From NCBI GenBank assembly GCA_947593515.1, contig CANQDQ010000003.1, positions 22,497-86,496 of the forward strand: a stretch of 64,000 nucleotides of DNA. Reading direction: 5' to 3'. Position 1 is the first letter of the stretch. The number at the start of each line of letters is the position of its first letter. The notes beneath the pieces were generated by a model, which saw only the letters and a list, made by a program, of their open reading frames with translations, was not told the origin of the DNA and searched no databases. The stretch is from an uncultured Bacteroidales bacterium (GTDB taxonomy: Bacteria; Bacteroidota; Bacteroidia; Bacteroidales; UBA11471). Positions 36,678 to 47,071 of this stretch are shown here, one piece after another. The position numbers were made by a program, and so were the translations under genes.

Positions 36678-37967
36678 ATGAATTACCTGTTTACCTCTGA
36701 ATCGGTATCGGAAGGGCACCCCGACAAGGTTGCCGACCAGATTTCCGATGCCGTACTCGACGAATTTCTCGCCTACGACCCGCAATCGAAAGTGGCTTGC
36801 GAAACGCTGGTAACGACCGGTCAGGTGGTGTTGGCGGGCGAAGTGAAATCGAATGCTTACATCGATCTGCACGAAGTGGCGCGCCGCGTCATCAACCGCA
36901 TCGGCTACACACGGAGCGAATACAAATTCGACGGCGACTCCTGCGGCGTATTTTCAGCCATACACGAACAATCCGCCGACATAAATCGCGGCGTGGAACG
37001 TGCCGACGCCATGAATCAGGGTGCCGGCGACCAAGGCATGATGTTCGGTTACGCCTGCAACGAAACCGACAATTATATGCCGCTGCCGTTGGAGCTTTCG
37101 CATCTGATACTCATGGAGCTGGCGAATATTCGCCGCGAACACAGCGAGATGCCTTACCTGCGCCCCGACGCCAAGTCGCAGGTAACCATCGAGTACGACG
37201 AGTCGCGCCACCCCGTAAGGATACACACCATCGTACTCTCCACGCAGCACGACGAATTCGTAGCCCCCGACAACGACACCCCCGAAGCCCAAGCAACTGC
37301 CGATGAAAAAATGCTGCACCGCATTGCCGACGATGTGCGCCGCATCGTACTGCCCCGCGTCATCGCCCGCCTGCCCGAACGGGTGCGCCGGCTTTTCGAC
37401 GACAAGCTGATTCTGCACGTCAATCCTACGGGAAAATTCGTCATCGGCGGACCGCACGGCGACACGGGGCTCACCGGTCGCAAAATCATCGTCGACACCT
37501 ACGGGGGCAAAGGGGCGCACGGCGGCGGCGCTTTTTCGGGAAAAGACCCCTCGAAGGTCGATCGCTCGGCGGCTTATGCAGCCCGCCACATCGCCAAAAA
37601 CATGGTGGCTGCCGGCATTGCCGACGAAGTGCTGGTACAGATTTCGTATGCCATAGGAATCGCACGTCCGGTAAGCATATTCGTCGATACCTACGGCACC
37701 TCGCACGTCCGGCAGAGCGATGCCGAAATTGCCGCCCGTATCGGCGAAATCTTCGACTTGCGCCCGAAAGCCATCGAGGAGCGGCTGAAACTCCGCAACC
37801 CCATTTACGAAGAAACCGCCTCTTACGGGCACATGGGTCGCCAGCCCCGCATCGTACACAAGACTTTCCGGTCGCGCTACGAACAGCCGGTGGAAACAGA
37901 CGTGGAACTTTTCACATGGGAAAAACTCGATTATGTCGATGTCCTGAAAAAGGCATTCAGTCTGTAA
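36678..37967 (+). CDS. metK: S-adenosylmethionine synthetase
   Basis: 429 aa from the ATG at 36678. '[25 protein letters not shown]', '[12 protein letters not shown]', '[19 protein letters not shown]'. Confidence 0.97.
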   Translation: MNYLFTSESVSEGHPDKVADQISDAVLDEFLAYDPQSKVACETLVTTGQVVLAGEVKSNAYIDLHEVARRVINRIGYTRSEYKFDGDSCGVFSAIHEQSADINRGVERADAMNQGAGDQGMMFGYACNETDNYMPLPLELSHLILMELANIRREHSEMPYLRPDAKSQVTIEYDESRHPVRIHTIVLSTQHDEFVAPDNDTPEAQATADEKMLHRIADDVRRIVLPRVIARLPERVRRLFDDKLILHVNPTGKFVIGGPHGDTGLTGRKIIVDTYGGKGAHGGGAFSGKDPSKVDRSAAYAARHIAKNMVAAGIADEVLVQISYAIGIARPVSIFVDTYGTSHVRQSDAEIAARIGEIFDLRPKAIEERLKLRNPIYEETASYGHMGRQPRIVHKTFRSRYEQPVETDVELFTWEKLDYVDVLKKAFSL

Positions 37968-38051
37968 TCCGCTTGTTCCGCAGCGACTTTTTACAAATTC
38001 CGTACCGATAAATCGGAAATTTTACCTATGTTTGTATAGCCATTAAAAAAC

Positions 38052-39212
38052 ATGATTCGATATATCTCGTACATAGCGGCATTGCTCTGTTTCGTTTCCT
38101 GCTCCGACGGGGACAAGACGGGTTATGCGCTCACCGTAGAACTCGATGTGCCCGAACAATCGTATCTCTACTTCTGGCAGGAGCAATACAAAAAAGGCAT
38201 TGCTGTCGATTCGGTGCTGGTGAAAAAAGGGAAAGCCGTATTCAAAGGTACGGGCGACGACCTGACACGAGTAGAAATTTTCACCGAAGCCGGCGAGCGA
38301 GTAACATGGCTGTATGTAAAAAACGGCGATAAAGTGAAACTGAAAGGTTCGACGGCAACGCCTTACGAAATAACGATAAGCGGCTCGCCCGAACAGGAAA
38401 CCGTCAGCCGCTTCCGAAAGGAAAATCACGAACTCCTGCAAGAAATAGAAGCCGATGATTCCGCTTTCTACGCCTGTTCCGAAGATACGCTTTTTCTGGC
38501 GGCACACCGCAGCCGGCTCGACACCCTCCACCGCAGGGTAAAAGATTTCGTAACCGCCACCCCTCACTCCTACGCCTCGACGATACTTATATACGATTAT
38601 TTGCTTGATGAATATTCCTCCCGCACGGCAGACACCATGCTGCGACAGCTGCCGCCGGAAGCCAAACCGGTATCGCTGCTCGCCAAGTCGGAACTTTTCA
38701 TATCGGGCAACGAAAAAAAACTCACAGGCAAACCCATTCCGTATATGACTTTCCGAACAGGAAGCGACAGCCTTATCAATACGAACAGCTTTCGCAACCG
38801 CACGACCCTCCTTTCGGTATGGGCATCTTACGATACGCTATCCCGACGGAAATTGCAGACCGTCCGTCGGTTGGGGAAAAAATATCCAACCGATTACCTC
38901 CGTCTTGTAAGCGTATCGCTCGATACCGACAAAGAGGCATGGAACAATGCCATTCGGCAAGACTCGCTCGAACAGGGGCTGCACTGCCGTCTGCCCGAAG
39001 GGTGGAATGCCAATCAGATAGCGTCGCTCGACATCAGACAACTGCCTGCTACATACCTTATCGACGGGAAAGGATACATCATAGCACGGGATTTGCCCGA
39101 CAGCCTGTTGATGGCTGCCGTCGATTCGTTGGTAGCCAAAACGGGTGAAGACAAAACGCTCGACGTCAAAGCTAAAAAGAAAGAGAGCGCAAAAAAATCC
39201 AAAAAGAAATAG
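38052..39212 (+). CDS. thioredoxin-fold (TlpA-like) lipoprotein with degenerate active site
   Basis: 386 aa with lipobox 'LCFVSCS'. The thioredoxin-like C-domain reads 'TLLSVWASYDTLSRR' where the family has W-C-x-x-C. It has a Lys-rich tail 'KAKKKESAKKSKKK'. Confidence 0.7.
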   Translation: MIRYISYIAALLCFVSCSDGDKTGYALTVELDVPEQSYLYFWQEQYKKGIAVDSVLVKKGKAVFKGTGDDLTRVEIFTEAGERVTWLYVKNGDKVKLKGSTATPYEITISGSPEQETVSRFRKENHELLQEIEADDSAFYACSEDTLFLAAHRSRLDTLHRRVKDFVTATPHSYASTILIYDYLLDEYSSRTADTMLRQLPPEAKPVSLLAKSELFISGNEKKLTGKPIPYMTFRTGSDSLINTNSFRNRTTLLSVWASYDTLSRRKLQTVRRLGKKYPTDYLRLVSVSLDTDKEAWNNAIRQDSLEQGLHCRLPEGWNANQIASLDIRQLPATYLIDGKGYIIARDLPDSLLMAAVDSLVAKTGEDKTLDVKAKKKESAKKSKKK

Positions 39213-39216
39213 CCGT

Positions 39217-40755
39217 ATGCTGGTAAAAGTTTTCGGAGCAGCCATGCAGGGCATCGACGCCCTCACCGTAACCATCGAAGTGAACTGTTCGCAAGGCATT
39301 CATTTCTATATGGTAGGTTTGCCCGACACTGCCGTCAAGGAGAGCCACGAGCGCATTCGCTCGGCACTACTGCACAACGGCTACAAATTTCCTCACCGCC
39401 AGCTGATTATCAATCTTGCTCCCGCCGACATTCGGAAAGAAGGCTCTGCCTACGACCTGCCGCTTGCTATCGGCATTCTGGCTGCTGCCGAAGACATCGC
39501 GCCCGACCGGCTCGACCGCTACATGGTCATGGGCGAACTCTCGCTCGACGGGTCGATACTCCCCATCAAAGGCGCGCTACCCATTGCCATACAAGCGCGC
39601 AAAGAGGGATTCAAAGGGCTTATCGTGCCCAAAGCCAACGTGCGCGAAGCTGCCGTAGTCGATAAACTCGACGTATTCGGGGTGGAAAACATCAAAGAAG
39701 TGGTCGATTTTTTCAACGGGACGCACGAACTGACCCCGACGGTCATCGACACCCGTGCCGAGTTTTTTGCGGCGCAGGGCAATTTCGACCTCGATTTTGC
39801 CGACGTAAAAGGGCAGGAAAGTGTAAAACGGGCTTTCGAGGTGGCTGCCGCCGGCGGACACAACCTCATCATGATAGGTCCGCCCGGCTCGGGCAAGTCG
39901 ATGATGGCGAAACGCATCTCGTCGATACTTCCGCCGCTCTCGCTGCAAGAGGCGCTCGAAACCACCAAGATACATTCGGTCGCGGGAAAAATGGATCGCG
40001 ACAGTTCGCTGCTGACGCAACGTCCTTTCCGCGCCCCGCATCATACCATATCGAGCGTGGCGCTGGTGGGCGGCGGCACCTTTCCGCAGCCCGGCGAAAT
40101 ATCGCTGGCGCACAATGGCGTGCTGTTTCTCGACGAGCTTCCCGAATTTTCCAGACAGGTGCTCGAAGTGATGCGCCAGCCGCTCGAAGACCGAAAAATT
40201 ACCGTTTCTCGTGCCAAATATTCTATCGAATATCCGGCGAGCGTGATGCTTATCGCCTCGATGAATCCCTGTCCCTGCGGCTATTACAATCACCCCGAAA
40301 AGAAATGTATCTGCCCGCCGGGTGCCGTGCGCCGCTATCTCAACCGCATATCGGGTCCGCTGCTCGACCGCATCGACATACAGATAGAAATCGTCCCCGT
40401 GCCGTTTGAGAAAATCTCCGACAGCCGTGCCGGAGAAACGAGTGCTGCCATTCGCGAGCGCGTGATTCGGGCGCGGGAAATACAGGCTGCCCGTTTCAAA
40501 AATGTGCCGGGTGTTTACTGCAATGCGCAGATGAACAGTCGGTTGCTCAATACCTACGCCCGCCCCGACGAAGCGGGTCTCGAAAGACTGCGCACGGCGA
40601 TGAAACGCTTTAACCTCTCGGCGCGCGCCTATGACCGCATACTGAAAGTAGCCCGCACCATAGCCGACCTCGCCGGCAGCGAAACCGTAGAGCCGGCGCA
40701 TCTGGCTGAGGCAATCAATTACCGCAACCTCGACCGCGAAAATTGGGCGGGATAA
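39217..40755 (+). CDS. comM: YifB/ComM family Mg-chelatase-like ATPase
   Basis: 512 aa from the ATG at 39217. Lon-like N-domain 'GLPDTAVKESHERIRSAL'. Walker A 'GPPGSGKSM'. 'NGVLFLDELPEF'. Zn-ribbon-like 'CPCGYYNHPEKKCICP'. Confidence 0.92.
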   Translation: MLVKVFGAAMQGIDALTVTIEVNCSQGIHFYMVGLPDTAVKESHERIRSALLHNGYKFPHRQLIINLAPADIRKEGSAYDLPLAIGILAAAEDIAPDRLDRYMVMGELSLDGSILPIKGALPIAIQARKEGFKGLIVPKANVREAAVVDKLDVFGVENIKEVVDFFNGTHELTPTVIDTRAEFFAAQGNFDLDFADVKGQESVKRAFEVAAAGGHNLIMIGPPGSGKSMMAKRISSILPPLSLQEALETTKIHSVAGKMDRDSSLLTQRPFRAPHHTISSVALVGGGTFPQPGEISLAHNGVLFLDELPEFSRQVLEVMRQPLEDRKITVSRAKYSIEYPASVMLIASMNPCPCGYYNHPEKKCICPPGAVRRYLNRISGPLLDRIDIQIEIVPVPFEKISDSRAGETSAAIRERVIRAREIQAARFKNVPGVYCNAQMNSRLLNTYARPDEAGLERLRTAMKRFNLSARAYDRILKVARTIADLAGSETVEPAHLAEAINYRNLDRENWAG

Positions 40756-40765
40756 ATCCGCCGCC

Positions 40766-42139
40766 CTACGCTTTTCTTTCTTTTAACAAAGAGATGGTTT
40801 CATCGGGCAGGAGCTGCTGCTGCTCGCCGGTCGTCATGTTTTTGACCGTGATTTTTCCGGAAGCTATTTCGTCTTCGCCCACCAATGCCACGAAAGGAAT
40901 TTTCTTGTCATCGGCATACCCCATCTGTTTTTTCATTTTGGCAGCTTCGGGATAGATTTCCGTGCGAATGCCTTCGGCGCGCAGACGGGCGGCATACTCC
41001 ATGCACGCCTCGACTTCACGTTCGCCGAAATTGACGAAAAGCAGCTGCGTGGTCTGTAAAGAATCCGACGGATAGAGATCGAGCTGATTGAGGACATCGT
41101 AGATGCGGTCGGCTCCGAACGAGATACCCACGCCCGAAACATCGGGCAGACCGAACACTCCCGTCAGGTTGTCGTAGCGTCCGCCGCCGGTGATGCTGCC
41201 TATCGCCACATCGAGTGCCTTTACCTCGACAATGGCACCGGTGTAATAATTGAGTCCGCGCGCCAGCGTGAGGTCTATTTCGAGAGCGGCGCGCAGAGGT
41301 GAACGGTCGAGTTTGCCGAGTATGTATTCCAACTCCTCGATACCCTTTCGACCGATTTCCGAAGCGGCAAGCTCGGTGCGCAGCGTCGCCAGCTTGCTGC
41401 GGTTATCGCCTTCGAGCAAAATAATGGGCTGCAACCGCGCTATGGCATCTTCGGCGAGCCCCTTTTCCCGCAGCTCGACATTCACCTTGTCAAGACCTAT
41501 TTTATCGAGTTTGTCGATGGCAACGGTTATATCGACGATTTTTTCGGGGGCGCCTATCATTTCGGCAATACCGCTCAATATTTTCCGGTTGTTGAGTTTC
41601 ACCGCCACCCGTATGCCAAAGCGCGCGAAAACTTCGTCGATGAGCCGCAGCAGCTCCACTTCGTTGAGAAGCGAGTCGGAGCCCACCACGTCGGCATCGC
41701 ATTGATAAAATTCACGGTAACGCCCTTTTTGCGGGCGGTCGGCACGCCATACGGGCTGTATCTGGTAGCGCTTGAACGGGAACGACAACTCGCCTCGGTG
41801 CATGACCACGAAACGGGCAAACGGCACGGTAAGGTCGTAGCGCAGCCCCTTTTCGCACAGACGTGCGGCAAAATGCGTCGTGTTGCGCGCCGTCAGGTCG
41901 GCATCGCTCAAATCGGCAAGGAAGTCGCCGGAGTTGAGTACCTTGAAAAGCAGCTTGTCGCCTTCCTCGCCGTACTTTCCCATAAGCGTGGAGAGATTTT
42001 CCATCGCCGGCGTCTCGATTTGCCGGAAACCGAAGAGATGAAAAACGTCGCGAATGGTGTTGAAAATATAGTTGCGCTTCGCCATTTCTTCGGGCGAAAA
42101 GTCGCGCGTGCCTTTGGGTATGGAGGGTTTTGTCGTCAT
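40766..42139 (-). CDS. hisS: histidine--tRNA ligase
   Basis: 457 aa. '[12 protein letters not shown]', '[27 protein letters not shown]', 'GGGRYDNL', 'GISFGADRI'. Confidence 0.96.
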   Translation of the reverse strand: MTTKPSIPKGTRDFSPEEMAKRNYIFNTIRDVFHLFGFRQIETPAMENLSTLMGKYGEEGDKLLFKVLNSGDFLADLSDADLTARNTTHFAARLCEKGLRYDLTVPFARFVVMHRGELSFPFKRYQIQPVWRADRPQKGRYREFYQCDADVVGSDSLLNEVELLRLIDEVFARFGIRVAVKLNNRKILSGIAEMIGAPEKIVDITVAIDKLDKIGLDKVNVELREKGLAEDAIARLQPIILLEGDNRSKLATLRTELAASEIGRKGIEELEYILGKLDRSPLRAALEIDLTLARGLNYYTGAIVEVKALDVAIGSITGGGRYDNLTGVFGLPDVSGVGISFGADRIYDVLNQLDLYPSDSLQTTQLLFVNFGEREVEACMEYAARLRAEGIRTEIYPEAAKMKKQMGYADDKKIPFVALVGEDEIASGKITVKNMTTGEQQQLLPDETISLLKERKA

Positions 42140-42754
42140 GCCTTTTCGTTATTGGATTTCGAGTACAAATATACGACATTTGCCATTCAGTGAAGAAAGA
42201 AGCACGACAAAAAGAGGAAAATATTTGCACTTAAAGTCCGTGCAACATAAAAATAAAATCGGAAAACATCTTTTCGAAAAACTTAAAACCGAATCGTGCC
42301 GATTGATTTTAGTCGATTTTGCAATAAATACATTCCGATATCGGAACTGCATTTCCCTGTTATCTGTTTGGATAATCACCGGATAAACCATAAATTTGCG
42401 ATTATTCTCTCTGTCGCAGATACGTTTTCCGTACCGGACAAGAGAATCTATATTTTTGAAAAGCGTTTATTTACGCTTATTCTTGGCTGTCTCTGAAATG
42501 TGGCAATTTCAAACTTCATGTCAAGAATAATGCGACGATAGATGCTCATGAGGTATGTTATATACCCGACTTCTCTTGGCCCATAATACGGTCGAGAGGA
42601 AAAGGTACATTCATATCGGCGTGAGGTCATCGTTGCTTGTTCTACATGAAAAGGCGATGCCACATGCCTGAGACAGCGGGACGAGCAACAAATATGGCTC
42701 TCACGCTTTTATTTGTTATGCCGTGAAGAGAGCACACGGAACAACAAAACCGCA

Positions 42755-43681
42755 ATGGCACACGAAATAAAACGCTCTCGCATTCATATCGTCCTGCTCT
42801 CTATCTGTATGTGTTTTGTGCCGATAACCGCAAGAGCCCAAGCGACACCCGAAACGCCATCGCAGTCCGGAGTAAGCTGTATATCTCCTTATTATTTCGG
42901 ACCGAACGCCTTTCCTGTTCCCAACATCGTCTATAAGGTAAGCGAAGACTTGCGCATCGAAATCGCCGGCGACTATTTCAAAGGCCGTCGGGGCGATGTC
43001 GTGTATGATATTGCTCTCAAAGCCAATATACCTCTGTTTACCCCGCGTGTGAATCTGTCGCTATGGATTCCGGCAATGGAGTGGTATCGCAACAGCGAAC
43101 TCAATATGAATATCTGCCGAGTACCCGCCGAAAATCGGAAGCACGCTCGTCGCGGCTCAATGGCCGGCGACGCTTATGTGAGCGTCGATATACAAGTTTT
43201 GGCAGAAGGGCGCTACTTACCCGATGCGGTAATTAGAGCAGCTATCAAATCCGCCTCCGGCGGAGGCTATTCATTAGCCCGTTACTACGATAGCCCCGGC
43301 TATTTCTTCGATGCGGCAATAGCGAAATCATTTCTGATAATCAAACCCTGCCAACTGCGTTTGCGTGTTGCTGCCACAAGCGGGTTCTTATGCTGGCAGA
43401 CCGGTGCCGGACGACAGAACGATGCCGTCCGGTTCGGCGCTCTGCTCAACCTATATACTCGCCGCTGGTCGGTTACCGAAAGTTTTGCCGGATATGCCGG
43501 GTGGGAAAACAGCATCTCGTCCGCCGCACACGACCGACCGATGGTGCTGACAAGCGAAATCGCATACCATATCAAACAATTCGAACTGCTTGCTTCTTTC
43601 TGCCATGGTTTCACCGATTATCCTTACGACCAATTTCGCATAGGTATGGCGTATCACCTGAACATACTCGGCAAACGATAA
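42755..43681 (+). CDS. hypothetical exported protein
   Basis: 308 aa from the ATG at 42755 with signal-like 'IVLLSICMCFVPITARAQ'. I recognised no family. Confidence 0.5.
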   Translation: MAHEIKRSRIHIVLLSICMCFVPITARAQATPETPSQSGVSCISPYYFGPNAFPVPNIVYKVSEDLRIEIAGDYFKGRRGDVVYDIALKANIPLFTPRVNLSLWIPAMEWYRNSELNMNICRVPAENRKHARRGSMAGDAYVSVDIQVLAEGRYLPDAVIRAAIKSASGGGYSLARYYDSPGYFFDAAIAKSFLIIKPCQLRLRVAATSGFLCWQTGAGRQNDAVRFGALLNLYTRRWSVTESFAGYAGWENSISSAAHDRPMVLTSEIAYHIKQFELLASFCHGFTDYPYDQFRIGMAYHLNILGKR

Positions 43682-43847
43682 AATCGTTCCGAGACAAGCG
43701 CCATTTCAAAAACAGATTCTTCAAACATTTTCCTTCATGTCGCACAAGTCTGTTGATTCCGTCCAAAACTTTTTTACGGCAAAGCTGCCCGTTTTCACGA
43801 AAAAAGAGTATATTTAGGGGTCAAACTGTACAAAAAGAATTTTTATC

Positions 43848-44717
43848 ATGAAACATTTTCCTGCTTCCGAATTGATGATTAATGACGACGGCTCGGTATT
43901 TCATCTGCATCTGCGACCGGAACAACTGGCTGATAAGGTGATACTTGTGGGCGACCCGGCACGGGTCGATACGGTGGCATCGCATTTCGACAGTCGGGAG
44001 TGCGAAGTGTCCAACCGCGAATTTCACTCGATTACAGGCTCGTATCATGGAAAGCGGCTGACAGTGGTATCGCACGGCATCGGTACGGACAACATCGACA
44101 TCGTGCTGAACGAACTCGATGCGTTGGCGAATATCGACTTTGCGACACGCGAGGAGCGGGCATCGCTGCGGTCATTGACCTTAGTGCGCATCGGCACGTC
44201 GGGAGGCTTGCAACCCCATGTGCCGATAGGTACGTATGTGATTTCGGAAAAATCGATCGGATTCGACGGGGTACTCAATTTTTACGCGGGACGCGACCGT
44301 GTGAGCGACTTGGCTTTTGAGCGGGCTTTCTGCGACTTCGTGGGGTGGCACCCGCAGTGGGCGGCGCCATACGTGGTCGATGCCGACCGCGAACTGGTAC
44401 AGCGCATCGGGCAGGGAGAAATGGTGCTCGGCGTAACGATTTCGGCAAACGGTTTTTACGGACCGCAGGGACGGGAATTGCGCCTGCCGCTGGCTGTTCC
44501 CGACCTCAACCGGCGTATCGAAGCCTTTTCCTACGAGGGGAAAGTCGTAACGAACTACGAAATGGAAAGCTCGGCTCTGGCAGGGCTGGCGCGCCTGATG
44601 GGGCACCATGCCATGACGGTGTGCTGCATCATCGCCAACCGGCGCGCGGGCGAAGCCAATGTCGGCTACAAAGGTTCGATAGAGGCTCTTATCGAAAAAG
44701 TACTGGAACGCATCTGA
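43848..44717 (+). CDS. nucleoside phosphorylase (PNP/UDP family)
   Basis: 289 aa. 'VILVGDPARVD', 'VSHGIGTDNIDIVLNEL', 'LVRIGTSGGL', 'NYEMESSALAGL'. Confidence 0.85.
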   Translation: MKHFPASELMINDDGSVFHLHLRPEQLADKVILVGDPARVDTVASHFDSRECEVSNREFHSITGSYHGKRLTVVSHGIGTDNIDIVLNELDALANIDFATREERASLRSLTLVRIGTSGGLQPHVPIGTYVISEKSIGFDGVLNFYAGRDRVSDLAFERAFCDFVGWHPQWAAPYVVDADRELVQRIGQGEMVLGVTISANGFYGPQGRELRLPLAVPDLNRRIEAFSYEGKVVTNYEMESSALAGLARLMGHHAMTVCCIIANRRAGEANVGYKGSIEALIEKVLERI

Positions 44718-44734
44718 CCCATTCATGGAAAAAG

Positions 44735-44762
44735 AAAAATCCCGCTCGCGAGCGGGATTTTT
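44735..44762. terminator. bidirectional intrinsic terminator
   Basis: AAAAAT-CCCGCTC-gc-GAGCGGG-ATTTTT between convergent genes. Confidence 0.8.
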
Positions 44763-44787
44763 CGTATAGGGGCGAAGAGAAAGGCGG

Positions 44788-46359
44788 TTATTTGATTTCA
44801 ATCTCTTCTTTCAGGTCTATTTCATTTCCCTCGCCGTCGTATATCTTATATTCGAGCAGGGCGAGAGATTCGTTGGGAATCAACCTGAAACGACGGGTAT
44901 ATTTACGTTTCCAACGCCATTTCAGAGAGAAAATTCCCCGATTGATGTACGCCGCTATATAGGGGTGTACGTGTAAGGAAAATTTCTTCACTTTGAATTT
45001 ACTCACCAGAAAAGCGATTTTTTCTTCGAGCTTGTCGGTGAAAAGAATCGACGGAGGTATTTTGCCTTTTCCGTTGCAGACGGGGCAGCTCTCGTCGGTC
45101 ATGATGTCGAGTGCGGGACGCACGCGGTGGCGGGTAATCTGCATCAACCCGAATTTGCTCAACGGCAGAATGTTATGCCGTGCGCGGTCGCTCTCCATCA
45201 ACTCTTTCATGCGGTCATAGAGTTTTTGGCGATTGTCGGCTTCGTTCATGTCGATGTAGTCGATGACGATAATACCGCCGATATCGCGCAGCCGCAGCTG
45301 GCGGGCTATCTCTTCGGCGGCAGCCATGTTCACTTCAAACGCCGTGTTTTCTTGGTCGGCATCGGGTTTGGTGCGATTTCCGCTGTTTACGTCGATGACA
45401 TGAAGCGCCTCCGTGTGTTCGATGATGAGGTAGGCACCGTTTTTGAAAGAAACGGTTTTCCCGAAAGATGATTTGACCTGTTTCGTAATGGCAAAGTGGT
45501 CGAAAATGGGAAGCTCGTCGGTATAGTGCTTGACAATGCCTTTGCACTCGGGAGCGATAATGTTTACATAATCGCTGATTTGGTGAAAGGTCTCTTCGTC
45601 ATTGACGTAAATGTTTTCAAAAGAGGGATTGAAAATATCCCGTAACAGTCCGACAGCCCGACCCGTTTCTTCGTAGAGAAGCGAGGGGGCTTTGGCTTTT
45701 TGCAGTTTGACGAGGCTGTCTTCCCAACGTTTCACCAACGTTTTCATTTCGTTGTCGAGTTCGGCAACCCGTTTGCCTTCTGCCACCGTGCGCACGATGA
45801 CGCCGAAGTTCTGCGGCTTGATGCTGTGGATAAGCTGCCGCAACCGGTTTTTCTCCTCGTTCGATTTTATCTTCTGCGACACTGACACTTTGTCGGCAAA
45901 GGGGATAAGCACCAGATAACGACCGGCAAAAGAGAGTTCTGCCGTAAGGCGCGGACCTTTGGTGGAAATGGATTCTTTGGTAATCTGCACCAAAATTTCA
46001 CGACCGACAGTGAGCAAGTCGCCTATCGACCCTTCCTTGTCGTGCTCTTTCAACATTTTGAACTTGGGAAGGGAAAGCACGTGCTTGCGGTCGGACAGCG
46101 ACTGTCTGGTAAATTTTTCACTCGACGTGAAAAACGGACCCAAGTCCTGATAGTGAAGAAATGCGTCTTTACCGTAACCTATATCTATAAAAGCAGCATT
46201 CAATCCCGGCATCAATTTTTTGACGCGACCCAAATAAATATCGCCCAGTGCGAACGATATGTTGCAAGGCTCCTTTTGCAGCTCGACCAACCGCTTGTCG
46301 TGGAGCAAAGCGATAGAGACCTCTTTGGGTTGTACATCAACTACTAATTCGCTTGACAC
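44788..46359 (-). CDS. rng: ribonuclease E/G family (RNase G-like)
   Basis: 523 aa. S1-like N-terminus 'GDIYLGRVKKLMPGLNAAFIDIG', 'GGIIVIDYIDM', 'CPVCNGKG'. Confidence 0.92.
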   Translation of the reverse strand: MSSELVVDVQPKEVSIALLHDKRLVELQKEPCNISFALGDIYLGRVKKLMPGLNAAFIDIGYGKDAFLHYQDLGPFFTSSEKFTRQSLSDRKHVLSLPKFKMLKEHDKEGSIGDLLTVGREILVQITKESISTKGPRLTAELSFAGRYLVLIPFADKVSVSQKIKSNEEKNRLRQLIHSIKPQNFGVIVRTVAEGKRVAELDNEMKTLVKRWEDSLVKLQKAKAPSLLYEETGRAVGLLRDIFNPSFENIYVNDEETFHQISDYVNIIAPECKGIVKHYTDELPIFDHFAITKQVKSSFGKTVSFKNGAYLIIEHTEALHVIDVNSGNRTKPDADQENTAFEVNMAAAEEIARQLRLRDIGGIIVIDYIDMNEADNRQKLYDRMKELMESDRARHNILPLSKFGLMQITRHRVRPALDIMTDESCPVCNGKGKIPPSILFTDKLEEKIAFLVSKFKVKKFSLHVHPYIAAYINRGIFSLKWRWKRKYTRRFRLIPNESLALLEYKIYDGEGNEIDLKEEIEIK

Positions 46360-46471
46360 GTTTCTGAATGATTATTTAGGTTACTTGCATAGAGTTTTAC
46401 ACACAAAAGACAAACTCTTGAACGCGTCAGGAGTCTGTCCTTTGCTTGTTTAAGAAGAAACGCGGAATCGA

Positions 46472-46561
46472 TTATTTCTTCTTATGTCTGTTTTTTCTCA
46501 GTCTTTTTTTACGCTTGTGCGTAGCCATTTTATGGCCTTTTCTTTTTTTTCCGCTGGGCAT
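46472..46561 (-). CDS. 29-aa ultra-basic peptide, probable small ribosomal protein (bTHX-like)
   Basis: Below the ORF-track size cutoff. The reverse strand ATG..TAA translates to MPSGKKRKGHKMATHKRKKRLRKNRHKKK. It lies between hup and rng on the same strand. I recall near-identical peptides annotated as bTHX in Bacteroidota, but this is not verified. Confidence 0.55.
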   Translation of the reverse strand: MPSGKKRKGHKMATHKRKKRLRKNRHKKK

Positions 46562-46597
46562 AATATATGGTTTAGAAAGTTAATAGTTCGGCTTCGT

Positions 46598-46870
46598 TTA
46601 TTTCACGTTGCCCATGAATGTTTTAGCGGGTTTGAACGCGGGTATGTTGTGAGCCGGAATGATAATGGTCGTATTTTTGGAGATGTTGCGAGCGGTTTTC
46701 TGTGCTCTTTTCTTCACGATGAAGCTGCCGAATCCTCTCAAATATACGTTATTACCTTTGGACAAAGAGCCTTTTACCGATTCCATGAACTCTTCTACGG
46801 TAGCCAATACGATAGCTTTTTCGATTCCTGTATTTTTAGAAATCTCGTTTACGATGTCTGCTTTTGTCAT
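46598..46870 (-). CDS. hup: HU family DNA-binding protein
   Basis: 90 aa. 'MTKADIVNEISKNTGIEKAIVLATVEEFM...VYLRGFGSFIVKKRAQKTARNI...IPAHNIPAFKP'. Confidence 0.95.
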   Translation of the reverse strand: MTKADIVNEISKNTGIEKAIVLATVEEFMESVKGSLSKGNNVYLRGFGSFIVKKRAQKTARNISKNTTIIIPAHNIPAFKPAKTFMGNVK

Positions 46871-47071
46871 TGCTTTTTGATTTTATGTTGATTAGCGTTT
46901 GTATTTTAGTCTGCAAATGTACAGCTTTTTCTTTTATGTCGGTAATAAAATCGAGGAAATTTTTTTATTGCTTTTCTCCTTCTATCCCGAATCGAGTGCG
47001 AATATCGGAATTTTTTTTGAATTTACGGCATAGAATACGGATAAAATCTTTTCATGCCGTTTATTTCCGTG

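Noticed and set aside
39577-40701. 374-aa minus ORF inside comM; also 49659..51401 (+, 580 aa) inside speA, 51601..52629 (-, 342 aa) inside fba and 36954..37859 (-, 301 aa) inside metK
   Set aside because: These are antisense to genes with unambiguous catalytic signatures and show shadow-frame composition.
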